DNA of 64,000 bases from a candidate division WOR-3 bacterium (GTDB taxonomy: Bacteria; Hydrothermota; Hydrothermia; LBFQ01). A program made the translations under genes and the position numbers. A model generated the notes under the pieces. The model had not been told where the DNA came from, made no database searches, and saw only the letters and a program-made list of their open reading frames with translations. Shown one piece after another: positions 45,418 to 54,897 of the stretch (positions are counted from its first letter, which is position 1; every line of letters begins with the position of its first letter). The stretch covers positions 4,382 through 68,381 of the forward strand of contig JALUCS010000118.1 in assembly GCA_027050205.1 (NCBI GenBank). The letters run 5' to 3'.

Positions 45418-45685
45418 CGCTTAGACCGAAGGCCTTCAGGAGGAGCCTCCTACGGTTCTCCCTGTTCTCCGGCAGATCCGCAGCCTCCAAGGTGCGACGT
45501 ACCACCTCCCCTATCCTCCCCTCCTCAACGCCGAGTAAGGCTTCCTTTAGACTTTCGGCCAGCCCCCTTAGGGTTTTGCACCTCGCGGCCGTGTACTCAA
45601 CGTCCCTCACCCTGCCATCCTCCACCGTGAGGACGAACTTAACCCTCAACCAGCCGTCCTTAGCCTGAAATACCCTCCTTTCCAT
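45410..45685 (-). CDS. Small hypothetical protein (91 aa) with weak NifU/IscU-like pattern but lacking the cysteine ligands
   Basis: RVKFVLTVEDGRVRDVEYTAARCKTL resembles the IscU core (KLQIKVNDEGIIEDARFKTYGCGSA) but has only one Cys. It overlaps rnpA by 8 nt. Confidence 0.35.
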   Translation of the reverse strand: MERRVFQAKDGWLRVKFVLTVEDGRVRDVEYTAARCKTLRGLAESLKEALLGVEEGRIGEVVRRTLEAADLPENRENRRRLLLKAFGLSDG

Positions 45686-45695
45686 ACCCTTAAGT

Positions 45696-46406
45696 CTAAG
45701 GGGGAGCGATGGGCAGGTCCCCGTCCATCAGAAGCACCTCCCCTCCGCCCGTCAGGGCCATCTTTACGGCTACGATCCTCCCCCCGAACCCTGACAGGAG
45801 TCTGGGAATCTCCGGGTCAAGGGAGCAGGGCCTGAAGGCCCTCGCCAGGGGGTGGGCGGCCACGAAGATGAGGATTCCCCTCCTCTTCCCCAGTTCCTCT
45901 ACGTGCCTCCGGCCCCGGAGGGTTACGGTGTCGGGGTACCGGGCGGTGCCATCCTCCGGGAAGTAGAAGACGGCGCTCTTTATCTCCGCCGGCACCTTCC
46001 CCTCCGGCCCCTTCAGGAGGAGGTCAAAGGTAGAGCCTCCCACCCTTACGTTCCGCCTCACCACCCTGTAGTCCTTAAGGGACGGGATGAGGCCCCGCCC
46101 TACGGCCTCCAATACCGCCCTCTCCTGGAGGGAGGTGTCTATGAGGGTGTAGAGGGGGCTACCCTCAACCGCCGTGCCGACTATCCTCCAACGGAGTCTT
46201 CTCCCACTTATGGGGGTGCAGAGGACCTCCCTCCCCTCAACGAGGAGGTCAAGGAGCTTGCCCGTGTTGTTGGTGTGGGCCTCGGCGGGTACATCGCCAA
46301 GGAGGACGTTGGAGACGAAGCGGTTGAGCCTCCTAAGGAATACGCACCTCTCAACCGGTACCTCAAGGAGCCTCGTAAAGTCCAAACTTCCGGGCGAGGT
46401 TTCCAA
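45696..46406 (-). CDS. sfsA: Sugar fermentation stimulation protein A (SfsA) family nuclease-fold protein
   Basis: N-terminal [22 protein letters not shown] aligns with the E. coli SfsA motif FPDAVTERGQKHLREL. The start may be an internal TTG, since 46406 overlaps lysC by 44 nt. Confidence 0.75.
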   Translation of the reverse strand: METSPGSLDFTRLLEVPVERCVFLRRLNRFVSNVLLGDVPAEAHTNNTGKLLDLLVEGREVLCTPISGRRLRWRIVGTAVEGSPLYTLIDTSLQERAVLEAVGRGLIPSLKDYRVVRRNVRVGGSTFDLLLKGPEGKVPAEIKSAVFYFPEDGTARYPDTVTLRGRRHVEELGKRRGILIFVAAHPLARAFRPCSLDPEIPRLLSGFGGRIVAVKMALTGGGEVLLMDGDLPIAPP

Positions 46407-47532
46407 CGACGGCCTCCTCCCTTTCCTTTTCTACGGCGATGCACACCTTCGTATCGGACGCCCCCATCATCATAAAGATATGCTCCCAGCCGACCACCGA
46501 GAAGATGGCCTCCATTATCTCCGGGGCGCTCACCCCCCAACCTACGACGCACACCATGGACAGACCCTCCCTCAAGGCGAACCTCACCCCCATTTCCGAT
46601 AGGGTCTCCAACGCCCTGTCCCGCTCCTCCAAGGGTACGGAGAGGACGAGGTGCTTACCGGTCGTGGCGTCGTGGGTGAAGTTCAGGACCCTTACGGCCT
46701 CAACCATCCGCGCTAAGAGGGGAAGTCCCTCCCTCCCCTCAACGTCAAACATAACGATGGGCATGGTGGTGATGGCCTTAACGCCCGGACTCTCAAGGTG
46801 TTCCCTCTTCTCCACCAACGTACCTCCCTTTTCCGGTTCGTAGGATGAGAGTATAAGGAAGGGGAGGCCGTACTTGGCGGCCAGGTTGACGGCGCGGGAG
46901 TGCATCACCCTGGCACCGGAGGAGGCCATCTCGGACAGGATGGTGTAGTCCATCCTCTCGTACCTCCTGACTCCGGGGAACTTCCTCGGGTCAAGGGCGA
47001 AGACTCCGGGAACGTCCGTGTATATCTCGCAGGGTACCTTGCCGAGGGATATGGCGAGGGCTACGGCCGTGAGGTCGCTCCCACCCCTCCCGAGGGTGGT
47101 TATCTCCTTGCTGACGCTCACCCCCTGAAAGCCGGCGACGACGGGGATCTTACCCTCCTTCAGAGCGTCCGTTATGCGGTAGAGCTTTATCTCAAGCACC
47201 CTCGCCCTGTTGAAGCGGTCCTCCGTGATTATGCCCACCTGCGACCCCGTAAAGGATATGGCCTCAAGCCCCAGCTCGTACAGGGCCATGGACAGGAGTG
47301 CCATAGATATGCGTTCTCCGACGGTTAAGAGCATGTCCAACTCACGGGGCGGGGGTCTCCTTGATACGCTGTAGGCCAGTTTCAGGAGTTCGTCCGTCGT
47401 CTTGCCCATCGCCGAGACTACGACGACGGGGGCGCACACCTCCCGCTTCCGCTTGACTATCTCGGCCACCGCCCGGATCCGCTCCGGCGTGGCTACGGAG
47501 GAGCCACCGAACTTAAGGACGCAGGGGGTCAT
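46363..47532 (-). CDS. lysC: Aspartate kinase
   Basis: N-terminal [10 protein letters not shown]. An ACT-domain C-terminus. Confidence 0.9.
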   Translation of the reverse strand: MTPCVLKFGGSSVATPERIRAVAEIVKRKREVCAPVVVVSAMGKTTDELLKLAYSVSRRPPPRELDMLLTVGERISMALLSMALYELGLEAISFTGSQVGIITEDRFNRARVLEIKLYRITDALKEGKIPVVAGFQGVSVSKEITTLGRGGSDLTAVALAISLGKVPCEIYTDVPGVFALDPRKFPGVRRYERMDYTILSEMASSGARVMHSRAVNLAAKYGLPFLILSSYEPEKGGTLVEKREHLESPGVKAITTMPIVMFDVEGREGLPLLARMVEAVRVLNFTHDATTGKHLVLSVPLEERDRALETLSEMGVRFALREGLSMVCVVGWGVSAPEIMEAIFSVVGWEHIFMMMGASDTKVCIAVEKEREEAVVGNLARKFGLYEAP

Positions 47533-48397
47533 AGATCTTAACTATTCGGTTCAACATTTTATAGTTTAATATCCAATCCATCTCCGTCATTGCCCTTTCC
47601 ATATGATTTTTCATTTTCAACCAACCTCTGCCATCAGTAATCCACACGAATATAATGCCGTATTCTTTGGCTTTTCTGTGAAGTTCTATATAATCCCCTA
47701 CTATAGCATTTGGCTTACTTCCAGGTGTATTGTAGAAATTCGCCTCTATTATCATAAAGGGTTGCCTATCTGTAGATTCTAAATATAGAGCGAAATCATG
47801 ACGTTTGCGGCGGCTTCCATATAGGGAAAAGTTTGCATCTTGGGGAACTATTTTCACCCTTTTTGATATAATTTTGGAAATTTTATTATAAACCATTTGC
47901 TCAAATATGAGGCCACTTCTATTTTTTCTTGCATTTGTGTCTAATCCAACTTCCACCCCAAGTATATAATCAAGGAGGTTCTGGGTTCTATCAAAAATAT
48001 TAAGTATACCAGTGCGTTCACAGAATTTCACAACAGTTTTTAAGTCATATCTATCATCTTTGGGATCAAAAATTACGGTTAATATTTTTTCTGATACCGC
48101 ATCAAAAATATCTATACCTTTTGTGTGCAATCTAACTGCAATGATAATAGGTATAACTTTTGATACTTCTGGATACTCTTTAAGGATTTCAAATAATTTA
48201 TTTTTTCTCCACTTTCCATGATATCTTGACAGAATGGATAAAATTTGCAATTCATTCTCATAATGTTTAACATTTGATAGAACTCTATCCCAATCAACAA
48301 AATATTCGTATGTTTGGTTGGTTTTCAAAAGCGTTTTAAAAAAGGTTGACTTATATTCATCAAAACTGTCAAATCCTAATTTCTCAAAATTTACCAT
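47513..48397 (-). CDS. Type II restriction endonuclease, DpnII/MboI family (predicted GATC specificity)
   Basis: [16 protein letters not shown] and WITDGRGW match, as far as I recall them, the conserved DpnII-family blocks. The gene is ~33% GC against a ~58% background. ORF track frame extends to 48457; the Met of MVNFEKLGF at 48397 is taken as the start. Confidence 0.7.
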   Translation of the reverse strand: MVNFEKLGFDSFDEYKSTFFKTLLKTNQTYEYFVDWDRVLSNVKHYENELQILSILSRYHGKWRKNKLFEILKEYPEVSKVIPIIIAVRLHTKGIDIFDAVSEKILTVIFDPKDDRYDLKTVVKFCERTGILNIFDRTQNLLDYILGVEVGLDTNARKNRSGLIFEQMVYNKISKIISKRVKIVPQDANFSLYGSRRKRHDFALYLESTDRQPFMIIEANFYNTPGSKPNAIVGDYIELHRKAKEYGIIFVWITDGRGWLKMKNHMERAMTEMDWILNYKMLNRIVKIYDPLRP

Positions 48398-48398
48398 A

Positions 48399-49331
48399 TC
48401 ACCATCCCCCCCTTTCCCTGTGGCTGCTGAACCTGTACTTCCTATACTCTCCCTCATCCTCCGGCTTACGAAATACGAAGATCTGCTCGTGGGTTATGAG
48501 GTAGAAGTCGTAATTCCTCCCCCTCCATCTCTCCCTCGTCCCCTTCATATTATGTTGGACTTTAACGATATTTTCTAAAAGCACAAAACCGACCTCCAGA
48601 AAGGCCTCAAGTACGTAGTGGGATATAGGTACGTAGTGCTTGTGCTTTCTCGTATCCCCTATGAGTATGGCGCACACCCTGCCCGGCTTCAGCACCCTGA
48701 AAAACTCTGCTGCTGCTGTCTTCATCCCCTCCAGGTACTCCGGGAAAGAAAGGTTAGAAAGGTCATCTTTATCGCCTTTCTTCCTGCTATAGACGATTAT
48801 GTTTGCGTACGGTGGGTGGGTCGCCACGAGATCTACGGAGTTAGATGGCACCTTATCAAGGTTCCGGGCATCCCCCCAGTAGGTGCGGACTTCCGGCATC
48901 TCCGATTTTTCAAACATATCGTTGACTTCAAAGTTCAACCTGTCCAACGTGAGCATCACCGACTCGTAGTTGATATCCACCCCTATAGCCCTCCGTCCAA
49001 GGAGCCGGGCTTCAACCAAGGTCGTACCGCTGCCCATCATAGGGTCTAAGACGGTTTCCCCCTCCTCCGTGTATTTGAGAATGAGGTTGCGGGGTATGTA
49101 GGGAGACCAATTCCCTCTGTAGTTTCCCCTGTGTGTCGCCCAAGAGCCTCTATCCGGGAAGCTCCATACCGTCGTTCTTTCCAGCTCGTACCCTGCCGGA
49201 GGTCCGAGCGTTTTAACCAACTTCCTCCCCGTTAGCTCTATCCTCACTCCCCCAACTTCAACGTACCCCTTTTCCCTTCTAAACCTCTCGTAATCCTCCC
49301 ATTCTACTTCCACCATCTCCCTGTACCTCAT
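48399..49331 (-). CDS. DNA amino-methyltransferase (N6-adenine or N4-cytosine), gamma-like motif order
   Basis: Motif I VLDPMMGSGTT lies ~75 aa before motif IV VDLVATHPPY. The true start is the Met of MRYREMVEVEW at 49331. The N-terminal 246 aa of the track's 556-aa ORF are R/H/P-rich out-of-frame junk. Confidence 0.75.
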   Translation of the reverse strand: MRYREMVEVEWEDYERFRREKGYVEVGGVRIELTGRKLVKTLGPPAGYELERTTVWSFPDRGSWATHRGNYRGNWSPYIPRNLILKYTEEGETVLDPMMGSGTTLVEARLLGRRAIGVDINYESVMLTLDRLNFEVNDMFEKSEMPEVRTYWGDARNLDKVPSNSVDLVATHPPYANIIVYSRKKGDKDDLSNLSFPEYLEGMKTAAAEFFRVLKPGRVCAILIGDTRKHKHYVPISHYVLEAFLEVGFVLLENIVKVQHNMKGTRERWRGRNYDFYLITHEQIFVFRKPEDEGEYRKYRFSSHRERGGW

Positions 49332-50029
49332 ATCACGTGCAGCCAGCTGTGGAGAAGGAAGTATATCCTGCCGAGGAGCAGGGAGATACGGCCCATAACC
49401 GTGTAGCCGAAGGAGGCCCCGAAGGCCACCATTATGAAGACTATGCCGATGTTCACTATCGGCTTCATTATCCCCTTCTGCTCCACGGAGAAGAAGAAGT
49501 ACAGGATGGTCGTGAAGACGCCGATTATGAAGACCCAGTTGGAGAAGGTGGTGAGGGCGCTGTCGGTCCAGAGGGGAAGGAAGGTGGCCTTTATCTGCGG
49601 GAATATGATCCCCTGGAAGAGGGCCGTCAGGTTTATACCGGTGTAGATACCGATGGTGACGGCGAGGGGGTAGAGGGCGAGCCAACGGAGTTGAGGGGCG
49701 ACGTAGCCGAATATCTCCAATTTCGTCAGGATCATCAAACCGAGGATGGCGCCTATTATGACCACCAGCTGGCCGAGGGTGAGGAAGGGTACCTGCTGGC
49801 CCATGAAGTTGAAGGTGCCGAGTTTCAGGACGACGTACTTGCTGTCCCTTATGCCCTGGGCGATCTGGGGCCAGATGGCCTGGTTGAAGATGTTGATTAT
49901 GCCGTAGCCCGCGGAGACGCCGACGAAGATATGCTCCGCGAACCGATACACCGGGTTCTCCTTTATTATGAGCGAGAGGATCGCCAGCGTTAGAAAGGCT
50001 GCTATCCAGACTCCAATTACTTCGGCCAT
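49328..50029 (-). CDS. Integral membrane protein, hypothetical (6-7 TM)
   Basis: Hydrophobic 233-aa ORF ending 1 nt before the MTase start. Confidence 0.5.
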   Translation of the reverse strand: MAEVIGVWIAAFLTLAILSLIIKENPVYRFAEHIFVGVSAGYGIINIFNQAIWPQIAQGIRDSKYVVLKLGTFNFMGQQVPFLTLGQLVVIIGAILGLMILTKLEIFGYVAPQLRWLALYPLAVTIGIYTGINLTALFQGIIFPQIKATFLPLWTDSALTTFSNWVFIIGVFTTILYFFFSVEQKGIMKPIVNIGIVFIMVAFGASFGYTVMGRISLLLGRIYFLLHSWLHVI

Positions 50030-50031
50030 GG

Positions 50032-50280
50032 CTACCTCTTCCTCTTTCTGTTCCTCTTGAGCTTTTCAACCTCCCGCAGGAGTATCCTGTAGTTCTCCTC
50101 CAGGGCCTTCACCTTGCCCGTCGCCGATGAAACCTCCCCCTTGGCCTCCGAAACCTCAATCCTTAGGTGATTTACCTCCTTTTCAAGCTTGTTCAACCTG
50201 CTTTCGAACTTCTTGGAATCCCTCGCCGATATGCAACCGGCGGCGAACAGTAGAACAGCTAAAGGTAGGAGCCTCCTCAT
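50032..50280 (-). CDS. Coiled-coil lipoprotein (Lpp-like)
   Basis: Lipobox LLFAAGC, then heptad coiled coil, then a basic tail. Confidence 0.55.
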   Translation of the reverse strand: MRRLLPLAVLLFAAGCISARDSKKFESRLNKLEKEVNHLRIEVSEAKGEVSSATGKVKALEENYRILLREVEKLKRNRKRKR

Positions 50281-50325
50281 TGTGCGGATATTATAAGGGA
50301 GGGCGACACCTGTAGAATAGGGGCT

Positions 50326-51189
50326 ATGAAGAACCTGTGGTTTTGGCTCTTCATCTTCTTCGCCGCCCTAACCGGCATCTTGCTCGTCCTCCGCATTTTG
50401 GTCAAGAGCCAAACCCTATCGCTGGGGAACGTCCTCTACGTTGAAATTGATGGCAACATAGACGACAAGAAGATCCCGGAGATAGCCGACTGGGCCTACG
50501 AGAAGCTCAAGGGCGACAGGATGAACCGCATAAAGGGAGTGTTCGTATATATAAACAGCCCCGGCGGGAGCGCTGCGAGCAGCGAGACTATGTACCAAGT
50601 CCTGAAGTTCGCCGAGAAGAAGGGGAAGAAGGTCGTGGCATACATACACTCCATCGGTGCCTCCGGCGGATACTACATCGCCTCCGCCGCCGATACGATC
50701 GTCGCCAATCCCGCCGCCCTGACGGGTTCCATAGGGGCGATAATAATACTGCCGGAGGTCACGGAACTGTCCAAGAAGGTCGGGGTCTCCTGGGACATAT
50801 ACAAGTCGGGCAAGAACAAGGACCTGACCCAACCCTTCCGGAAGAGGACGGAGGAGGACAGCGTCCTGCTGACGGAGTTGGCCAAGGAGGTATGGAAGGT
50901 CTTCCTCAACAGGGTGGCCGAGGGTAGGGGCAAGAAACCGGAGGACCTTATGGAGATTGCCGACGGAAGGGTTCTGACGGCGGAGCAGGCCCTCAAATGG
51001 GGCTTGATAGACGTCCTCGGAACCAAGTACGATGCGATGGAGATACTGAAGAGGATGACGGGGATCAAGAAGGTTAAGCTCATAAAGAGGCCGAAGAAGA
51101 CGAACCTTCTCAAACAGGTTTTCGGGACGACCGCCCGAATCGGCGAGATGATGGACGAATGGATGCTCCCCAAGGCCCTCTTCTACTAA
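50326..51189 (+). CDS. sppA: Signal peptide peptidase SppA (36K type, ClpP/crotonase fold)
   Basis: N-terminal TM. VYINSPGGSAASSE and GASGGYYIASAAD (catalytic Ser region). Confidence 0.85.
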   Translation: MKNLWFWLFIFFAALTGILLVLRILVKSQTLSLGNVLYVEIDGNIDDKKIPEIADWAYEKLKGDRMNRIKGVFVYINSPGGSAASSETMYQVLKFAEKKGKKVVAYIHSIGASGGYYIASAADTIVANPAALTGSIGAIIILPEVTELSKKVGVSWDIYKSGKNKDLTQPFRKRTEEDSVLLTELAKEVWKVFLNRVAEGRGKKPEDLMEIADGRVLTAEQALKWGLIDVLGTKYDAMEILKRMTGIKKVKLIKRPKKTNLLKQVFGTTARIGEMMDEWMLPKALFY

Positions 51190-52640
51190 ACGGTGATGCT
51201 CAAGAGGGACAGCACCATCTCCTCAAGGGATATACCACCGTGAAACATCTTCTTTCTGTACAGCTCGGCGAACTCCGATGCCCTCTCCCCCCACACGAAG
51301 TAGGTATCCTCGGCGGCGAATAGGAACTTCCCCCAGTCCGGGAGGCCCCACTCCTCCGGGCGCTCAACCAGTACGGTCCGTCCCTCTCCTTTGGGGATCA
51401 TCTCCTTCCCGTACTTGTGCCTGAAACCCTTGCTGAAGTCCTCACCCTCCACCACGACGGGCTTACGCCCGATGGTCCAACCGTGGTCCGACGTTATGAA
51501 GACCCTGTACCCCTTGTCTAAGAAGCGACTTATCACGGAGGAGAACCTACCGTCCTCCAGGATGAGCCTCGCCCACCTCTTTATGGACGACTCTCCCTCA
51601 CCGAGGGCCTTCAGGGCCTCCACGTTGGCCGTAAGGTGCAGGATGGTATCCACGAAGTTGACGATGTATATCTCCAGCCTCTTCCCGTAGGGTTTCATCT
51701 TGGCCAGAGACTCCAAGTCCTTTATCTTAGTGTACCAAACCCCAACCCTGTACCCTTCCCTCTCAAGTTGCTTCCAGAGGAGCTTCAGCTCACTCTGATT
51801 GTCGTTCAACGCCCCCGGTATCATAACTTCCGTCTCGTTGGGCAAGGCACCGCTGAACAGGGCGTTGCGGGAGTACTGCGTGGCCGTGGGAAGGAGGGAC
51901 ATGTAGATGCTCTGCTCCACCTTGTAGTTGGGGGAGAGGGCGGATACCACCTCGTAGATCTGATCAAACCGGAAGTTGTCTAAGACGATTAGGACTACCG
52001 GCGAGACCTCAACGTAGGGGAGGACGAGCTTCCTTAGGAGGTTGTGCGACATGAGGAGTGTATCGTCCCTGATTATCTCTGGATAGTTCCTCTCTATCCA
52101 AGCAGCGAACTTGGCGTTCTCTTGGGACAGGATCTCATCAAACTTACTCCTGTATCCCTTATAGACGTACCGGGCCTGGAAGATCTTAACAGCCTTCAGG
52201 AGGTACCCGTCAAAGGTCTCCGGTATGCGGCTTATCTCCTCCCTCAACCTGTCCGCTTCGTCTATGTAGTACTCCCTCTTCAGGCTCTCCTTGTGGAGGC
52301 GGGCTATGAGGGCCATGAGCTGGGCGGGTTGGACGGGTTTGACGAGGTAGTCGTAGGCGTCCTCTACCATTGCCTTCTTGATAAGCTCGGCGTCGGTCAT
52401 CATGGTGAGCATTACGACGGGGACGTGGGGATAGGCCCGCTTGATGAGCTTGAGGGCCTGAAGGCCGTTCACCCTCGGCATACGGTAGTCCAGAAGGATC
52501 AGGTTGTAATGATGGCGTGAGAGCTTATCCACCCCCTCCTCAACGGTAGTCGCCGTATCCACTTCAACCCCCTGCGACCTCAAGAAGGCCACTATGGAGT
52601 ACATCTCGTCTATCTCGTCGTCTATCCAAAGTACCCGCAT
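51186..52640 (-). CDS. PorX-like response regulator: CheY-like receiver domain fused to a PglZ (alkaline phosphatase superfamily) domain
   Basis: Receiver signature MRVLWIDDE...LILLDYRMP...LVKP. C-terminal PglZ motif VFITSDHGWT. No helix-turn-helix. Confidence 0.7.
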   Translation of the reverse strand: MRVLWIDDEIDEMYSIVAFLRSQGVEVDTATTVEEGVDKLSRHHYNLILLDYRMPRVNGLQALKLIKRAYPHVPVVMLTMMTDAELIKKAMVEDAYDYLVKPVQPAQLMALIARLHKESLKREYYIDEADRLREEISRIPETFDGYLLKAVKIFQARYVYKGYRSKFDEILSQENAKFAAWIERNYPEIIRDDTLLMSHNLLRKLVLPYVEVSPVVLIVLDNFRFDQIYEVVSALSPNYKVEQSIYMSLLPTATQYSRNALFSGALPNETEVMIPGALNDNQSELKLLWKQLEREGYRVGVWYTKIKDLESLAKMKPYGKRLEIYIVNFVDTILHLTANVEALKALGEGESSIKRWARLILEDGRFSSVISRFLDKGYRVFITSDHGWTIGRKPVVVEGEDFSKGFRHKYGKEMIPKGEGRTVLVERPEEWGLPDWGKFLFAAEDTYFVWGERASEFAELYRKKMFHGGISLEEMVLSLLSITV

Positions 52641-52683
52641 CTGTAAGGTTATATTCTAACCTTGAGGTATAATAGTATCTATA

Positions 52684-52924
52684 CTCTGTCTAAGTTGTCT
52701 AACCCAAGTTTTGAGAATTATTTTTCACTTTAGGTTCAAAAATAGGGTGTCTAAACTTAGACACCAGTCTGTACGTTTGATAATTTAAATTTTTAAACAA
52801 ATTTTCGCAATAATTGCAATAATACCGCATACGACCTAAATACAATTTCACCTCCACGCGGATTTAGACACCTCGCCGGCGGTCTGTCTAAATTTAGACA
52901 CTAGAGTCTAAGTCGTGTCTAAGG
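52684..52924. promoter_or_regulatory. Array of at least 7 (G)TGTCTAA half-sites including two perfect palindromes (GTGTCTAAacTTAGACAC at 52746-52763; TGTCTAAATTTAGACA at 52884-52899), a candidate operator cluster upstream of the PorX-like regulator
   Basis: Read directly from the sequence, 45-285 nt upstream of the minus-strand start at 52640. AT-rich region. Confidence 0.5.
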
Positions 52925-53169
52925 CGTTGTCCAACATATGGGGTGATGTCTGTCCCCTACGGTACGTTGGTGTAAGGTGCAGTTGACGAAAGGCACCAAT
53001 ACGGGTTCAAGGTCCTGCTATCCGCGGCACAGGGAACTTCGTCCCAACGACCCTTTGAAAGGATCATACCATCAGCCGAATACGATACCGATAAAAAACC
53101 CTATTATATCACTCCATCAGTGTAATCCCAGCCTTCCCTGTACTGCTACCTGAACCTCCGCTACCCCTT

Positions 53170-54837
53170 CTAAAACAGGCCGGAGACCCTTCCCCTCTCG
53201 TCTATGTCCATCCGTACGGCGGCCGGCTCCTTAGGTAGACCGGGCATTGTCATTATGTCCCCCGTTATGGGGACGAGGAAACCGGCTCCCGCCATTATCC
53301 GGACCTCCCTGACGGTTATCTCAAAGCCCCTCGGCCTGCCGAGTTTCTTAGGGTCGTCCGATAGGGAGTACTGGGTCTTGGCGACGCAGATGGGTAGGTG
53401 GCCGAACCCCATCCTCTCGTACCGCCTTATGGCCCTCTCCGCCTCCGGGTAGTATATGACGCCGTCCGCCCCGTATATCTCCCTGGCCACCCTCTCTATC
53501 TTCTCCTTTATCCCCATCTCCGGCGTATAGATGGGATGGTAGTTGCTGCCAACCTCAAGGGCTTGGAGGACTGCGTCCGCCAGCTCAAGCCCCCCTTCGG
53601 ACCCCTTCGCCCAGACCTCAACGAGGGCGTAGGGTACCCCCTCCCCCTTCAGGAGAGAGTCTAAGGTCCGCAGCTCCTCCTCCGTATCCGTAGGGAAGCG
53701 GTTGATTGCCACGACGACGGGGAGGCCGAACTTCCTTAAGTTCTCTATGTGCTTCTGGAGGTTGGGGAAGCCCCTCTCTAAGGCCTCCGGGTTAGGCTCG
53801 GAGACCTTCCCCTTCGGCACCCCCCCGTGATACTTGAGCGCCCTGACCGTAGCTACTATAACGGCGGCAGACGGGGCGAAGCCCCCTATGGGGGCCACGA
53901 GGTCCAGGAACTTCTCTGCTCCGAGGTCGGCACCGAAGCCCGCCTCCACCACCGCCACGTCCGAGTAGGCCATGGCCATCTCGGTGCTTAGGACGGAGTT
54001 GGTCCCGTGGGCTATGTTGGCGAAGGGGCCGGTGTGGATGAGGGCGGGGGTGTTCTCAAGGGTCTGGACGAGGTTGGGCTTTATGGCGTCCTTAAGGAGA
54101 ACGGCCATCGCCCCCTCCGCCCTTATGTCCCTGGCATATACCGGCTCCTTACCCCGCGTGAAGCCGATCAGGATGTTCCCAAGGCGCTTCTTGAGGTCGG
54201 CGTAGCCCTTAGCCAGGCCTAGGATGGCCATCACCTCCGACGCCGGCACTATGACGAAGGAGTCCTCACGGGGGAAGCCGTTCTTCCTGCCACCGAGGCC
54301 GACGACTATGCCCCGCAACGCCCTGTCGTTCATGTCCAACGTCCGGGGCCAGAGGACGGTACGGGCGTCTATGTCAAGGGGATTCCCGTGGTGGATGTGG
54401 TTGTCTATCATAGCAGAGAGGAGGTTGTGGGCGGAGGCTACGGCGTGGAAGTCCCCCGTGAAGTGGAGGTTTATGTCCTCCATAGGGACGACCTGGGCGT
54501 ATCCTCCCCCCGTCGCACCTCCCTTTACGCCGAAGACCGGGCCGAGGGAAGGTTCCCGGAGGGCCACGACCGACCTGACTCCCCTACGGTTGAGTGCCAT
54601 AGATAGGCCGATGGAGACCGTCGTCTTACCCTCACCGAGGGGGGTAGGGTTCATAGCCGTCACCAAAACGAGCTTCCCCCTCTCCTTCCTGTCCTCAAGT
54701 AGGTCCAGGGGAAGCTTGGCCTTGTAGTTTCCGTACTTCTCTATCCGTGATGGGGGGATCCCCATCCTCTCGGCCACCTCCTCTATGGGCAGGAGGTTGG
54801 CCCTCTGGGCTATGGAGAGATCCGAAGGCACACTCAT
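53170..54837 (-). CDS. fhs: Formate--tetrahydrofolate ligase
   Basis: 555 aa. P-loop-like TPLGEGKTT. Full-length FTHFS-like sequence. Confidence 0.9.
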   Translation of the reverse strand: MSVPSDLSIAQRANLLPIEEVAERMGIPPSRIEKYGNYKAKLPLDLLEDRKERGKLVLVTAMNPTPLGEGKTTVSIGLSMALNRRGVRSVVALREPSLGPVFGVKGGATGGGYAQVVPMEDINLHFTGDFHAVASAHNLLSAMIDNHIHHGNPLDIDARTVLWPRTLDMNDRALRGIVVGLGGRKNGFPREDSFVIVPASEVMAILGLAKGYADLKKRLGNILIGFTRGKEPVYARDIRAEGAMAVLLKDAIKPNLVQTLENTPALIHTGPFANIAHGTNSVLSTEMAMAYSDVAVVEAGFGADLGAEKFLDLVAPIGGFAPSAAVIVATVRALKYHGGVPKGKVSEPNPEALERGFPNLQKHIENLRKFGLPVVVAINRFPTDTEEELRTLDSLLKGEGVPYALVEVWAKGSEGGLELADAVLQALEVGSNYHPIYTPEMGIKEKIERVAREIYGADGVIYYPEAERAIRRYERMGFGHLPICVAKTQYSLSDDPKKLGRPRGFEITVREVRIMAGAGFLVPITGDIMTMPGLPKEPAAVRMDIDERGRVSGLF

Positions 54838-54897
54838 GGGTGAGTATTCTACCGGGGTAGGGACGCCACACCTCCCGCTCCTTTAAAATCGTATCTC

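Noticed and set aside
48399-50069. The 556-aa ORF taken as one gene
   Set aside because: The N-terminal 246 aa are an R/H/P-rich out-of-frame readthrough of the 49328-50029 membrane-protein gene. The methyltransferase homology begins at the Met at 49331.
52684-52924. CRISPR array
   Set aside because: The repeats are short (7-18 bp) palindromic half-sites with irregular spacing, not 25-40 bp direct repeats with unique spacers. No cas genes are in the window.
54838-54897. ZTP/THF riboswitch upstream of fhs
   Set aside because: The divergent spacer is only 60 nt, which is too short for either aptamer.
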